DNA of 64,000 nt, from the NCBI GenBank assembly GCA_965207665.1, contig CBDBMV010000002.1:1945704-2009703 (forward strand), read 5' to 3'. Positions within the stretch are counted from its first letter, which is position 1; the number at the start of each line of letters is the position of its first letter. Both the position numbers and the translations under genes were made by a program. Positions 8,380-17,645 of this stretch are shown here, piece after piece. Under the pieces are notes generated by a model, which was not told where the DNA came from, made no database searches, and was given only the letters and a program-made list of their open reading frames with translations. This DNA is from Vicinamibacterales bacterium (GTDB lineage: Bacteria; Acidobacteriota; Vicinamibacteria; Vicinamibacterales; UBA8438).

Positions 8380-10827
8380 CTACTGTCTCCTGAACAGGTC
8401 GTTGCGGACGACCTGGTGAATCATCGCGCGCACCGGATGCCCCGCCGCGCGGCCGTGGTCGACGATCTGCTCGACGTTGTCGCGGTCGGCGAACTCGATC
8501 TCGGCGCCGGTCGCAATCACCAGCAGTTGCGACGCCAGATTGCGCGCCACCTGATCCACCTCCGCGTCGAGCAGCAGCCGCTTGTACTCGTGGATGCCAG
8601 TAAAGGCGTCGCCCTCCGGTGTCACGCCGCTCGCGTCGACCGGGGGACCCTCCCCGAACGGCTCGAAATAGGTGCCCCCGCCGGGCGCGGGGACCTCGCG
8701 CGGGGACGTGCGGTAGCGCGTGCGGAACCCGCCGATCGGGTCGAACGACTCGAGTGCGAATCCGGGCGGGTCGATCCGGCGGTGGCAGCTCGCGCAGACC
8801 GGGGCGTTGCGGTGCGCGTCGAGCTGCTCGCGGATGGTGGTCGTGCCCCGCGTATCCGGCTCGATGCCGCCGACGGACTCCGGCGGGGGCGGCGCCGGCC
8901 GGCCCAACAGGTTCGCCAGCACGAAGTTGCCGCGCGGAATCGGCGAGGTCGTCGTCCCGTTGGCGGTGATCTTGTGGATGCTTGCCTGCGCCAGCAGCCC
9001 CCCGCGCGGGCTGTCGGGCGGCAACTGCACCTTGCGCATGTGCTGGCCCTTGATGCCCTCGATCCCGTAGTGGTCGGCCAGGCGGCGGTTCACGAACGTG
9101 AAGTCGGCGTCGACCAGGCGCCCCGCGCCCAGGTCCCCGGCGATCAGCTCGGCCAGGAACAGCTCGGTCTCGCGCACCATGGCCTGCCCCAGCCGGTCGT
9201 CGTACTCCGGATAGAGGCCCGGGTCCGGCGAGGTGGCCTTGATCTCGTACAGCCGGAACGCCTGGCCGGCGAAGTCCTTGACGAAGCGCCCGGTCCGCGG
9301 GTCGTCCAGCATCCGGTCGACCTGCCCGGCCAGGGCCGCGGGGTCGGCCAGCCGGCCCGCGCGCGCGGCCTCGAACAGCTCGGCGTCGGGCATGCTCCGC
9401 CACAGGAAATAGGACAGCCGCGTCGCCAGGCTGAACTCGTCCAGCGTGCCGGGAGCGCCCGTGTGGAAGAGGAATGACGGCGCGCTCAGAATGGCCCGGA
9501 GCGGCACGCGGACCGCGTCGATGAAGGGCCGTCCCGCGTCCAGCAGCGGACGCGCGAGGCTGGCGTAGGCCTCCAGCTCGTCGTCGCCCACCGGCCGGCG
9601 GAACGCCCGCGGCGCGAACGCGGCGACGATGTCCGCCACGTGCTCGTAGGGGTCCTTCGTGAGTTGAATGTAGCCGTCCGCGTCGAAGTCGATCCCGACC
9701 AGCAGTTGCCGGGTGCTCGGCGGCGGCCACGTGTCGAACAGCGGGCCTTCGATGGTCATCGACTTGAACGCGATGCCCTCGCTCGGCCACTCGTCGATGA
9801 CGTGCGCGTAGCCCTGCGACGGGTCGGTCAGCTTCTCGTAGGGATTGGCGTCCGGCGGCATGTCGAGATCGGCCGGCGACACGCCGATGAGATGGCCCGG
9901 GCGCATGAACGGCGTCAATTCGACCGTCCGCGGTCCCTCCAGGTCGAACGAGCCGATCAGGTCGTCGAGTGACGCGGCCACGCCCGACAGGCTCCCGCGG
10001 TACACCATGAGCGTGACCGGCGTGTCCGCCTGGTACGGGTAGGCGTCGATCGTCACGCGGTAGCGGCCGGGATAGGGCACGCCGAAGCCTTCCGAGCTGC
10101 TGTGGAAGGTGTAGGTGGAGGTGAAATCGAAGAACTGCACGTAGGCGTCGTCTAGCTGCTTGACGCTCCCCAGCCCCAGCTGCACGGCCCTGCGCATGAA
10201 GTAGAGGTACTGCGACTTGGCGTAATCGATGAAGTAGGGCTCGGCGGGCGGCGGCGGCCCGGTGACGATGGCCGCATCGAGCGCCCGGTCGGCCGCCTCC
10301 AGGTAGCTGCGCACGTGCAGCGGCGACATGCTCTGGTTCGACGCGACCGTATCGATCCCGCCGGAGTCGGCTTCCGCCGGCAGCGTCAGGCTGAGTTCCG
10401 TCGCGATGTACTCGTCGATCCCCAGGAGGTCCTGCAGGGTGTATCCGTACTCGAGCCTGGTGAGCCGGCGGAGCGGGGTGCGCTGCCCGCCGCGGGCCGC
10501 GAGGTTGGCGTCCACCAGGGCCCGCTTCAGCGAGCCCAGCGCCGTCTCTACCAGCGCCGCATCCGGTCTCCGGGCGGCCGGCGGCGGCATCTCGCCCGCT
10601 TCGACCCGCTCGTAAATCTGCTGCCACTTGCGGAATTTCTCGTGGTCGGTGAGATCGAACCCGAGCTCGTCGAGGTTCAGGGGAGTCACCGTCCGGGGTC
10701 CGTGGCACTGCAGGCAGGAGGCTTCCAGCAACGGCGTCACGTCCGCCTTGAACGACTGGGCCGACGCCGCGCCCGCCCCGAGTCCGGATGCCAGAACGAC
10801 GACAAGCACCCCCGGCAGTCTATGCAT
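8380..10827 (-). CDS. DUF1592/DUF1588/DUF1587/DUF1585/DUF1595-type protein with an N-terminal cytochrome-c-like CxxCH motif
   Basis: Signal peptide, then FKADVTPLLEASCLQCHGP. A second CxxCH lies near the C-terminus (VCASCHRRIDPPGFALESFD). Size of 815 aa and the partnership with DUF1552 fit the family. Confidence 0.8.
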   Translation of the reverse strand: MHRLPGVLVVVLASGLGAGAASAQSFKADVTPLLEASCLQCHGPRTVTPLNLDELGFDLTDHEKFRKWQQIYERVEAGEMPPPAARRPDAALVETALGSLKRALVDANLAARGGQRTPLRRLTRLEYGYTLQDLLGIDEYIATELSLTLPAEADSGGIDTVASNQSMSPLHVRSYLEAADRALDAAIVTGPPPPAEPYFIDYAKSQYLYFMRRAVQLGLGSVKQLDDAYVQFFDFTSTYTFHSSSEGFGVPYPGRYRVTIDAYPYQADTPVTLMVYRGSLSGVAASLDDLIGSFDLEGPRTVELTPFMRPGHLIGVSPADLDMPPDANPYEKLTDPSQGYAHVIDEWPSEGIAFKSMTIEGPLFDTWPPPSTRQLLVGIDFDADGYIQLTKDPYEHVADIVAAFAPRAFRRPVGDDELEAYASLARPLLDAGRPFIDAVRVPLRAILSAPSFLFHTGAPGTLDEFSLATRLSYFLWRSMPDAELFEAARAGRLADPAALAGQVDRMLDDPRTGRFVKDFAGQAFRLYEIKATSPDPGLYPEYDDRLGQAMVRETELFLAELIAGDLGAGRLVDADFTFVNRRLADHYGIEGIKGQHMRKVQLPPDSPRGGLLAQASIHKITANGTTTSPIPRGNFVLANLLGRPAPPPPESVGGIEPDTRGTTTIREQLDAHRNAPVCASCHRRIDPPGFALESFDPIGGFRTRYRTSPREVPAPGGGTYFEPFGEGPPVDASGVTPEGDAFTGIHEYKRLLLDAEVDQVARNLASQLLVIATGAEIEFADRDNVEQIVDHGRAAGHPVRAMIHQVVRNDLFRRQ

Positions 10828-10847
10828 GGCTCACACTCTTAGAGGAA

Positions 10848-11291
10848 CTACGGCATGCGAAACGCCGCATTGAACGAGAACTCCAGGTCGACGGTCTCTC
10901 CCGCCGCCAGCTCGATCGGCGTCGGGGTCGGCTGCAGCGGGCGCCACGTGGCGGCCGGCGAGCCCGAAGGCACCGCGCTCAGGCCGTCCCAGCCGCCGTT
11001 GATGTCAAAGAGGGCCGACAGGTAGACGGGAGATGCGGCTACGCCCGAGAACTCCGCCGTCTGGCCGTTCTCGGTCACAATCTGCGCGGCGATCGGCACG
11101 GCTCCACCCGCGATGTCCGGCGTGTCGTAGAGCGCGAGGTAGATGGCGTGGGTCGCGTCAACGTCGCCGGGCCCGGTGTAGTTCACCGTGACGTTCAGGG
11201 CGGACCCCTGGGCGGCCCATGCCAGTCCCGCCGCCGCGACAACCGCGGCCACGGCGACGCCGAGCACGCATCTGGCGTTCATCATGCCCAT
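10848..11291 (-). CDS. Small secreted protein, unknown function
   Basis: MGMMNARCVLGVAVAAVVAAAGLAWAAQG signal peptide. Codon usage is coherent. It sits 20 nt upstream of the DUF1592 gene. The start was chosen at an internal Met of the 163-aa ORF. Confidence 0.55.
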   Translation of the reverse strand: MGMMNARCVLGVAVAAVVAAAGLAWAAQGSALNVTVNYTGPGDVDATHAIYLALYDTPDIAGGAVPIAAQIVTENGQTAEFSGVAASPVYLSALFDINGGWDGLSAVPSGSPAATWRPLQPTPTPIELAAGETVDLEFSFNAAFRMP

Positions 11292-11375
11292 CTTCCTGGA
11301 CCTTACGGACGACCCGACTATACCAAAGTAAGCAACCACTTACCAGATGGGGCCGCGCGGCCACCGGGATCGCGT

Positions 11376-12245
11376 TCAGGGCTTGGGGTGCGCCAGCAGC
11401 CACTCCACCGTCAGCCGCGTGAAGTGCTCGGACAACTCGGGCACGTGGGCCCCGCCCTCGATGGTCCACAGCTCGGCCGACCCGCCCGGCTTGCAGCCGC
11501 TCGTGTAGCGCGAGACGGTCGTATCCGCGCCCGGCAACGTACTCACGAGGTCGAGCGTTCCGGTGTCGACTCCCTTCGTCGCGCATCCGTTGCGGCCGGC
11601 CCAGTTCTCGACCGACGCCCTGGCGCTCGGATAGGACGCCCCCTGAATCTCTCCGCCGTCATACGCGATGGCTTCATCGGCGTCGCCGTGGATCTGCAGT
11701 ACGTGCACCGGGTTGGCCGGTGTGGGTCGTTCGACCGACTGGTCGGCCCCGGCGAAGCTCGCTATGGCGGCGATGGCGCCCGAGTGGTCGTGGGCCAGCC
11801 GGTGCGCCATGAAGGCCCCGTTGGAGTGGCCGATGATGAAGACGCGCCGGTCGTCGATGTTGTACTTCGACTTGACCGCTGCGATGATGCCCATGATGTA
11901 GGCCGAGTCGTCGAGCTCCTTGCCCTCCCAGTTGCAACAGGCGGCCGACGCGTTCCAGAAGCGCGGATTGTTCTCGGCGGCGGACGGGGTCCCGTCCGGC
12001 GCCACCGAGATAAAGCCGTACGCGTCGGCGAGCCCGCTGAGCCCCATGTACTCGTCCTGCACGGCGCCGGTTCTGCCGTAGGTGTGGAGCAGGACGATCA
12101 GCGGCGCGGGGGCGTCGGCCGTGTAGCTCGAGGGCACGGTGACCGGCAGGGCGCCGCGGCCGGCGTCGACGGTCTGGGCGGTAGCCGCTCCGGAACCCGC
12201 GAGCAGCGTGGCGAGAACGAGGCAGTGTATTTTGCGCATGCGCAT
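11376..12245 (-). CDS. Secreted alpha/beta hydrolase, PHB-depolymerase/feruloyl-esterase (LpqC/COG3509-like) family
   Basis: Signal peptide ...AGSGAATAQ. PLIVLLHTYG, ACCNWEG, DDSAYIMGII, and the nucleophile elbow RVFIIGHSNGAFMAHRLA (GxSxG). Confidence 0.7.
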   Translation of the reverse strand: MRMRKIHCLVLATLLAGSGAATAQTVDAGRGALPVTVPSSYTADAPAPLIVLLHTYGRTGAVQDEYMGLSGLADAYGFISVAPDGTPSAAENNPRFWNASAACCNWEGKELDDSAYIMGIIAAVKSKYNIDDRRVFIIGHSNGAFMAHRLAHDHSGAIAAIASFAGADQSVERPTPANPVHVLQIHGDADEAIAYDGGEIQGASYPSARASVENWAGRNGCATKGVDTGTLDLVSTLPGADTTVSRYTSGCKPGGSAELWTIEGGAHVPELSEHFTRLTVEWLLAHPKP

Positions 12246-12339
12246 ATCCTACACCTGACAGCCGGCGGAGAGGCGGTTGCAACCAGGGCTTCCGGCAAGT
12301 AAGGTGAGTGTCTACTTATCTGGCGGAGGGACCAACATC

Positions 12340-12831
12340 ATGCGTCGTATTCCGTTCTTGCTTGCCGTGGCGCTCGTCGCCGCGATCACCGGCGTGTTCG
12401 GCGCGACCGTGTATTCTCAGGCGCCGGCCGGAAAGCCGCGGATGTCCATCGGCTTCCTCGGCGTCGGCATCAACGTCAGCGACCTGGCGCGTGCGGAGAA
12501 GTTCTACACGGAGGTCTTCGGGCTGCGGCGGACCTTCCGCTTTCCGCCCGAAGGCGAGTTGACGGAGGTGGGCCTGGCCTTTCCCGGTCAGTCTGGTGTG
12601 ACCCTCCTGCTGGCGCGCCTGAACGACGACCCGCTCCCGGACGGCAAGTCGGCGTACGGACGCATCGTCTTCAACACCGACGACGCCCGGGCGCTGGCGG
12701 ACCGCATGATCGCCGCCGGATCGGAGTTGCTCGCCGACGTCGGACCGCCCGACGGCCCCGTCATCCTGTTCCTCAGCGACCCGGACGGCTACCAGGTCGA
12801 GCTTTTTCAGGCCCCGCCGAGCGACCAATGA
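12340..12831 (+). CDS. VOC (glyoxalase/bleomycin-resistance/dioxygenase) family protein with a signal-like N-terminus
   Basis: MRRIPFLLAVALVAAITGVFG..., then GINVSDLARAEKFYTEVFGL ... DPDGYQVELF, typical VOC strings. ATGA overlap with the downstream MBL gene. Confidence 0.65.
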   Translation: MRRIPFLLAVALVAAITGVFGATVYSQAPAGKPRMSIGFLGVGINVSDLARAEKFYTEVFGLRRTFRFPPEGELTEVGLAFPGQSGVTLLLARLNDDPLPDGKSAYGRIVFNTDDARALADRMIAAGSELLADVGPPDGPVILFLSDPDGYQVELFQAPPSDQ

Positions 12832-13754
12832 AGCGTAGCGTGGGTTTGGCGTCCCTGATGGTGCTCGGTCTGACCCTGGCGGCGGGGACGCACGGCGCGC
12901 AGGAGCCCCGCCCGCCCATCGAAGTCCATCAGATCACCGATGCTCTCTACATGCTGGGGTCGGGAACCACGACCGGCGGCAACACGGCGGCCTTCATCAC
13001 GGACGCCGGCGTCGTGCTCGTCGACACCAAGCTGGAGGGGTACGGGCCGGACATCCTCGACCACGTGCGGCGTCTCACCGACAAGCCGGTGACGACGATC
13101 ATCAACACGCACGTCCACTTCGACCACAGCGGCTCGAACACCGAGTTCCCCGACACGGTGCACTTCGTGGCGCACGAGAACATCAGGCGCCACATGGCGC
13201 GCAGCGACTGCCAGCCGATACCCACCAACTGCGACGACTTCCAGGGCGAGAACGCGAAGTACCTGCCGTCGACGACGTTCTCGGACCGGCTCACGCTGTT
13301 CACCGGCGGCCCGGACCAGATCGACCTCTACTACTTCGGCCGCGGCCACACCGACGGCGACACGTTCGTCGTGTTCAAGGCCGCGCGCACGATGCACACG
13401 GGCGACATGTTCCAGGGCAAGCTGCTGCCCTTCATTGACGCCGACAACGGCAATGGCGGGAGCGCCATCGAGTTCGGCCGCACGTTGACGAGGGCGATCG
13501 CGGACATCTCCGACGTCGACACCATAATCACCGGGCACTGGGAGACGCCCCTCGCCTGGCGCGACCTGGTCGACTACCGGGACTTCTACGCCGACCTGGT
13601 TCGCCAGACTCGGGAGGGCATCGACGCGGGGCGCAGCGCCGAGGAGACCATCGCGGCTTACACCAAGCCGGCGAGGTTCAGCGACTACAACGCGCCTGCG
13701 GAGGGCACGTTCAGCGTGGCGAGCATCGTCAGCTACATCTACGAAGGACGTTAG
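12828..13754 (+). CDS. Secreted MBL-fold metallo-hydrolase (paralog A)
   Basis: Signal peptide ...AAGTHGAQ. HxHxDH motif INTHVHFDHSGSN, later GHTDGDT and ITGHWE. About 60% alike by eye to 20807-21754. Confidence 0.8.
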   Translation: MKRSVGLASLMVLGLTLAAGTHGAQEPRPPIEVHQITDALYMLGSGTTTGGNTAAFITDAGVVLVDTKLEGYGPDILDHVRRLTDKPVTTIINTHVHFDHSGSNTEFPDTVHFVAHENIRRHMARSDCQPIPTNCDDFQGENAKYLPSTTFSDRLTLFTGGPDQIDLYYFGRGHTDGDTFVVFKAARTMHTGDMFQGKLLPFIDADNGNGGSAIEFGRTLTRAIADISDVDTIITGHWETPLAWRDLVDYRDFYADLVRQTREGIDAGRSAEETIAAYTKPARFSDYNAPAEGTFSVASIVSYIYEGR

Positions 13755-14359
13755 CGCGCGGGGCGGACCTTGAGGCCGTCGAGGAGGAGGCGGGCGTAGG
13801 CTTCGACGACCATGTCGTCGGAGAATCCCGTGTCGAGGCCGTAGAGCTTGCGGCGAATGGCTTCGTGGACGGGCAGGCCGGTCAGGGCCGCCGCGAGGAG
13901 ATTGGTGCTTTCCGGGCTGAACGCCCCTTCGGCCTGCCGCTGCCGGACATAGTTCCGCAGGAAGACGAACAGCGGATAGTCCTGCATCTGTTCGTACAGG
14001 CGCTGGTTGTCCGCCGGCTCCTGCTCCAGCCAGGCGTACTGCAGCATGCGGTGGAGATCCCGGTCGTGCTCGTACCCGTAGAAGATCGCTCGAATGAGCG
14101 TGCGCAGCATCCGTTCGTCTTCGCCCCGCTCGACGTAGTCCTGCAGCTCGGCGACGAGCTGCTCGGTGCCAACGCCGGTCCTGCGCTCGAATGCCGCGGC
14201 GTACAGGTCGTTCTTGGTCGGAAAGTGCTTGAAGATGGTCGCCTCGCTGACCCCGGAGGCCTGGGCGAGGGATTTCGTGGTCGTGCCCTTGAACCCGTGC
14301 CGGCCGAACAGGGCGATTGCGGCGTCGATGATGTGGGCCCTGCGCTCGGGGGCCGACAT
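13751..14359 (-). CDS. TetR/AcrR family transcriptional regulator
   Basis: RRAHIIDAAIALFGRHGFKGTTTKSLAQASGVSEATIFKHFPTKNDLY is a canonical TetR HTH. 202 aa from an internal ATG; the upstream part of the 439-aa ORF was rejected. Confidence 0.85.
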   Translation of the reverse strand: MSAPERRAHIIDAAIALFGRHGFKGTTTKSLAQASGVSEATIFKHFPTKNDLYAAAFERRTGVGTEQLVAELQDYVERGEDERMLRTLIRAIFYGYEHDRDLHRMLQYAWLEQEPADNQRLYEQMQDYPLFVFLRNYVRQRQAEGAFSPESTNLLAAALTGLPVHEAIRRKLYGLDTGFSDDMVVEAYARLLLDGLKVRPAR

Positions 14360-14469
14360 CCGGCTGCCGGACTTCGGCGCCTTGGCGGGTGCGGGGTCTG
14401 TGCGGGCGTGGTTGGGCACGTACGGAAATACGCCCCGGGGAGTCGTGCGACTCCCCGGGGCATGGGCTG

Positions 14470-17454
14470 CTAGAAGGATACCTGCGTGCCGAACGACAGC
14501 ACCCGGCCCCGGTTGATCTGGATCGGCCGGTAGAAGTCGTCGTTGATCGTCCCGCCACCTCCGAAGAACCGGTTCCGCGTGAAGACGGTCAGGGTGTTGA
14601 ACAGGTTGCTGGCGTCCATGTACGCCCGAATCCGCACGCCGCCGGGCAGCGTCATCAGTTTCTGGAATCGGATGTCGAGCTGCGTGGTGAGATCCTCGAA
14701 CTGCGTGCCCGGCTCGATCAGCGAGACATCGACGTTCTGCAATACTGGCTGGAAGGTGGCATCCAGCGGGGACACGAGTGGCCGGCCCAGGTCGGTTGCG
14801 TCCACCTGGTAGGTGGCCAGGATCTCGTTGCCCGCGAACACCTGGAACAGACCCGAGATCATCGTGTCGAACGGCAGCGGGATGCCCCCCGAGAACTTGA
14901 AGTTGTTGCGGAACCCGCGCGAGTTGTCGCAGAAGTCGAGTCCGAAAACCGGAGCTGCGCCATCGTCGTTCGCCGGGTTGCCGTTGGGACTGTCCAGCCG
15001 CGGGTCCGTGCAGAAGTTGCCCGAGGCCTGGCCACCCGTCCAGCTCGCCTGCGCGAAGCCATCGTTCCACAGCCGGCCGTCGACGATCACCTCGAACCCG
15101 TTCCAGCTCCGCGAATCGTCGGGCGCCTGGGTAAACAAGATGTCGCCCGTCGAGTACCCGAAGTCAGGGGTGGCGTACTCGTACACCGTGAGCTGCTGGT
15201 TGCCGCCGCCCGGCAGCCGCGAATCGGCCGGCCCGGTGAAGGGGATTGCGGCCCAGTTGCTGGCGTTGACCGCGGTGTTGTCCGCCCAGCGGAAATTGCC
15301 GTACTCCCGCCGGATCCACTTGGCGGTGACCGACCAACTGTTGCCCAGCTCGTGCTCGATGCCGGCGTTGTACTCCCAGTTGGCCTCTCGCAGCGCGTCG
15401 GGGTCGAGCCGGTTCGCCGTGGTCGGCGTACCGAAGTTCGGGTTGAACGACGAGCCGATCTCGGCGAACTGGGGCGTCCCGTCGGGGTTGATCGGCGTGC
15501 CGTCACCGTTGGCGTCGAACCACGTGCGATAGTCGAAGAGAAAGCCGAACGGACTGAAGACGTTGGTGATGCCGAGCGCCTCGTTCGCCACGTAGCGTCC
15601 CGCGAACGCCTTGAGCGCCGTCCGGCCTGTACCGAACAGGTCGTAGGCCACGCCGAAGCGTCCGCTCCAGTCCGACCAGTTCGGGAGGTCGTTGATCGGG
15701 TCGGCCACGACCTCCGGCGAGAAGTAGCCGGCAGGCCGGGTGCCCCCGGCCAGGGAGCCGTTGAACCAGTCGTAGCGCACGCCCAGGTTGACCGTGAAGC
15801 GGTCCACCGTCCAGGCGTCCTGCGCGTAGATGCCGCACTCGCAGTTCTGCTTGCGCAGGTCCTCCGCGTCGCCGTTGCCCATGACCAGCAGGAAGAGCGG
15901 GAAGCCGTTGAAGGTGTACGCCGAGAAGATGTCGCCGTTGTTCTTCCAGCGGCCGTACTGAATGTTGTTGCCGTACTGGAAGCCGGCCTTGAAGTTGTGC
16001 GACCCGGTGACGTACGAGACCGACGCGTTTGCCATGCGCCGGTGGTCCTCGGTGAAGAAGTCCTGGAGGATTCTGGTGCCCGACTGGAGGCCCGTGGCAA
16101 CGTCGTTGAAAGCCACCCGCCCGATGCCGTTTTCGTCGAAATCACGGAACGCGAGGTCCAGCCGCTGGTACGAGAAGGTCGCCTCGATCAGCACCCGGTC
16201 GGTGGGCGTCGACGTCCAGCGCGTCGTGCTCATGTAGTTCGGGTCAGAGGTGCCGTTGAAAAGCGCCTCGGATGCAACGCGGCCGAAGCCGGTGCCGACC
16301 ACGCGGCCGAAGTCGTTCTGCTGCGCCGTAAACGCCGAGGTGACCTTGTTCGCCTGGTTGACCTGGTAGGTGATCCGGATGTTCTGCACGCTGCTGGTGC
16401 CCTCGCCGAACGCGCGCAGATCGTCGCCGAGGCCTTGCGGCGTGGACGGCTCATCCGGATCGAAGAAGATGTCCGTCCGGTAGGTCTTGTTGCGGTTCCT
16501 CACGTACGAGCCGAAGAACCACAGCTTGTCCTCCTTGAGCGGGCCGCCGAACGCCGGGTTCAGGCTGTAGTTCCACGCCACCGGCGCAAAGGCGAATCCG
16601 GCCGCCTCCAGCTCGGGCGTCAGGTTGCTGGAGGCGAAGTTTTCGCGTCCGCCGTCGAGGAAGAGCTCCCCGGAGAAGGTGTTGGCGCCGGCCTTGGGGA
16701 TCATGTTGGTGCGCACGCCGCTCTGGGGATACTCGGCCGAGAGCGCGCCCGTGTCGAACACCATCTCCGCGATCGACGCCTCGTCGGTGACGAGCCCGAT
16801 ACCGCCCACGGACTGGCTGCGGCCGCCGAGCTGCGTGCCGGTCTCGACGCCGTCGATATGGCCCTGGCTGTCCGCGCCTGTCGAGCCGTGCACGGTCGGC
16901 CCACGCTCTGCGCTGGAGCCGGCCGTCGCGAGGAAATTGTTCCGAGCGTCGACACCCGGCGCGTACTGCATCCCGGAGATGATGCTCTGCGCCGCCGGCA
17001 GCGCGTTGACCTCGTCGGTGACCAGCACCGTCTGCTCACGGGTGTTGACCACGTCGACCAGCGGCGCCACGCCGGACACCGTCACCGTCTCTGCGATCTG
17101 GCCCACCGTCAGCTCGGCGTCGACGTTCGCCGTGAACGAGCCCTCGAGCACGATGCCTTCGCGCACCACGGTGCGGAAGCCCTGCAGGCTGAAGGACACC
17201 GAGTAGGTTCCGGGCGGCAGGTTGATGAAGTGGTAGAGGCCGGCGCCGTCGGTGGCGACGGTGCGGCTCTGCTCGATCAACTGCGGGCTTGCCGCGACGA
17301 CCGTGACGCCCGGCAGGACCAACCCGGTTTCATCCTCGACCGTGCCGGCGATGCCTGCACGATCCTGCGCGTGGACCGTGCCTGGCGCGACCAGCGCCCC
17401 CGCCAACAACAACAACGCCGCAAGCGCCGTCAGCTTACCGTTCCGCAATTCCAT
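14470..17454 (-). CDS. TonB-dependent receptor with an N-terminal carboxypeptidase-regulatory-like domain (TBDR-1)
   Basis: Signal peptide ...VAPGTVHAQ. IAGTVEDETGLVLPGVTVVA...TDGAGLYHFINLPPGTYSVSFSLQGF (CarboxypepD_reg). About 990 aa. C-terminal ...LSFGTQVSF has a terminal aromatic residue. Paralog of 60562-63681. Confidence 0.85.
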   Translation of the reverse strand: MELRNGKLTALAALLLLAGALVAPGTVHAQDRAGIAGTVEDETGLVLPGVTVVAASPQLIEQSRTVATDGAGLYHFINLPPGTYSVSFSLQGFRTVVREGIVLEGSFTANVDAELTVGQIAETVTVSGVAPLVDVVNTREQTVLVTDEVNALPAAQSIISGMQYAPGVDARNNFLATAGSSAERGPTVHGSTGADSQGHIDGVETGTQLGGRSQSVGGIGLVTDEASIAEMVFDTGALSAEYPQSGVRTNMIPKAGANTFSGELFLDGGRENFASSNLTPELEAAGFAFAPVAWNYSLNPAFGGPLKEDKLWFFGSYVRNRNKTYRTDIFFDPDEPSTPQGLGDDLRAFGEGTSSVQNIRITYQVNQANKVTSAFTAQQNDFGRVVGTGFGRVASEALFNGTSDPNYMSTTRWTSTPTDRVLIEATFSYQRLDLAFRDFDENGIGRVAFNDVATGLQSGTRILQDFFTEDHRRMANASVSYVTGSHNFKAGFQYGNNIQYGRWKNNGDIFSAYTFNGFPLFLLVMGNGDAEDLRKQNCECGIYAQDAWTVDRFTVNLGVRYDWFNGSLAGGTRPAGYFSPEVVADPINDLPNWSDWSGRFGVAYDLFGTGRTALKAFAGRYVANEALGITNVFSPFGFLFDYRTWFDANGDGTPINPDGTPQFAEIGSSFNPNFGTPTTANRLDPDALREANWEYNAGIEHELGNSWSVTAKWIRREYGNFRWADNTAVNASNWAAIPFTGPADSRLPGGGNQQLTVYEYATPDFGYSTGDILFTQAPDDSRSWNGFEVIVDGRLWNDGFAQASWTGGQASGNFCTDPRLDSPNGNPANDDGAAPVFGLDFCDNSRGFRNNFKFSGGIPLPFDTMISGLFQVFAGNEILATYQVDATDLGRPLVSPLDATFQPVLQNVDVSLIEPGTQFEDLTTQLDIRFQKLMTLPGGVRIRAYMDASNLFNTLTVFTRNRFFGGGGTINDDFYRPIQINRGRVLSFGTQVSF

Positions 17455-17496
17455 GTCCCCCCCGGAATGATGGTGAGTAACCACTCTGTTACCTGG

Positions 17497-17525
17497 ATTA
17501 CACACGTATGCAACCGGGAATTTAA
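17497..17525 (-). promoter_or_regulatory. Candidate sigma70-type promoter for TBDR-1 (TTAAAT-N17-TGTAAT on the minus strand) with the downstream inverted repeat GTAAC-N6-GTTAC (17477-17492)
   Basis: Hexamers and spacing were read from the comparatively AT-rich 191-nt divergent intergenic region 17455-17645. The match to consensus is only partial. Confidence 0.2.
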
Positions 17526-17645
17526 GCACATCAAAGGTGACTGCACAAGGCATTTTTTCGGCGGGAACGGGACGAAAAAGCAGCCCGGCTGGTATCATGG
17601 CGGCGTTCGCAAGTGAGTGCTCGCTTGCGGAATGGGGAGGAGCGC

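Noticed and set aside
7109-10708. Very long N-terminal extensions of real genes in the ORF track: 1199-aa (7109-10708), 891-aa (905-3580), 888-aa (51721-54387), 710-aa (56323-58455), 721-aa (37960-40125) and 465-aa (4677-6074).
   Set aside because: The extensions overlap the upstream gene in another frame and are Arg/Pro-rich. They also precede a canonical signal, lipobox or Tat N-terminus with an in-frame start close to the upstream stop. Shorter gene models were adopted.
14389-17616. A 1075-aa plus-strand ORF exactly antisense to TBDR-1. Similar giant antisense ORFs occur at 17718-20303, 21782-24280, 41916-44054, 43805-46063, 48784-51588 and 60763-63672.
   Set aside because: Their translations are monotonous Arg/Ala/Gly/Pro/Val/His-rich strings without recognisable domains. 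They mirror well-supported genes on the other strand. In very GC-rich DNA with G/C at third positions, stop codons are rare in the antisense frames. They are treated as compositional artefacts.
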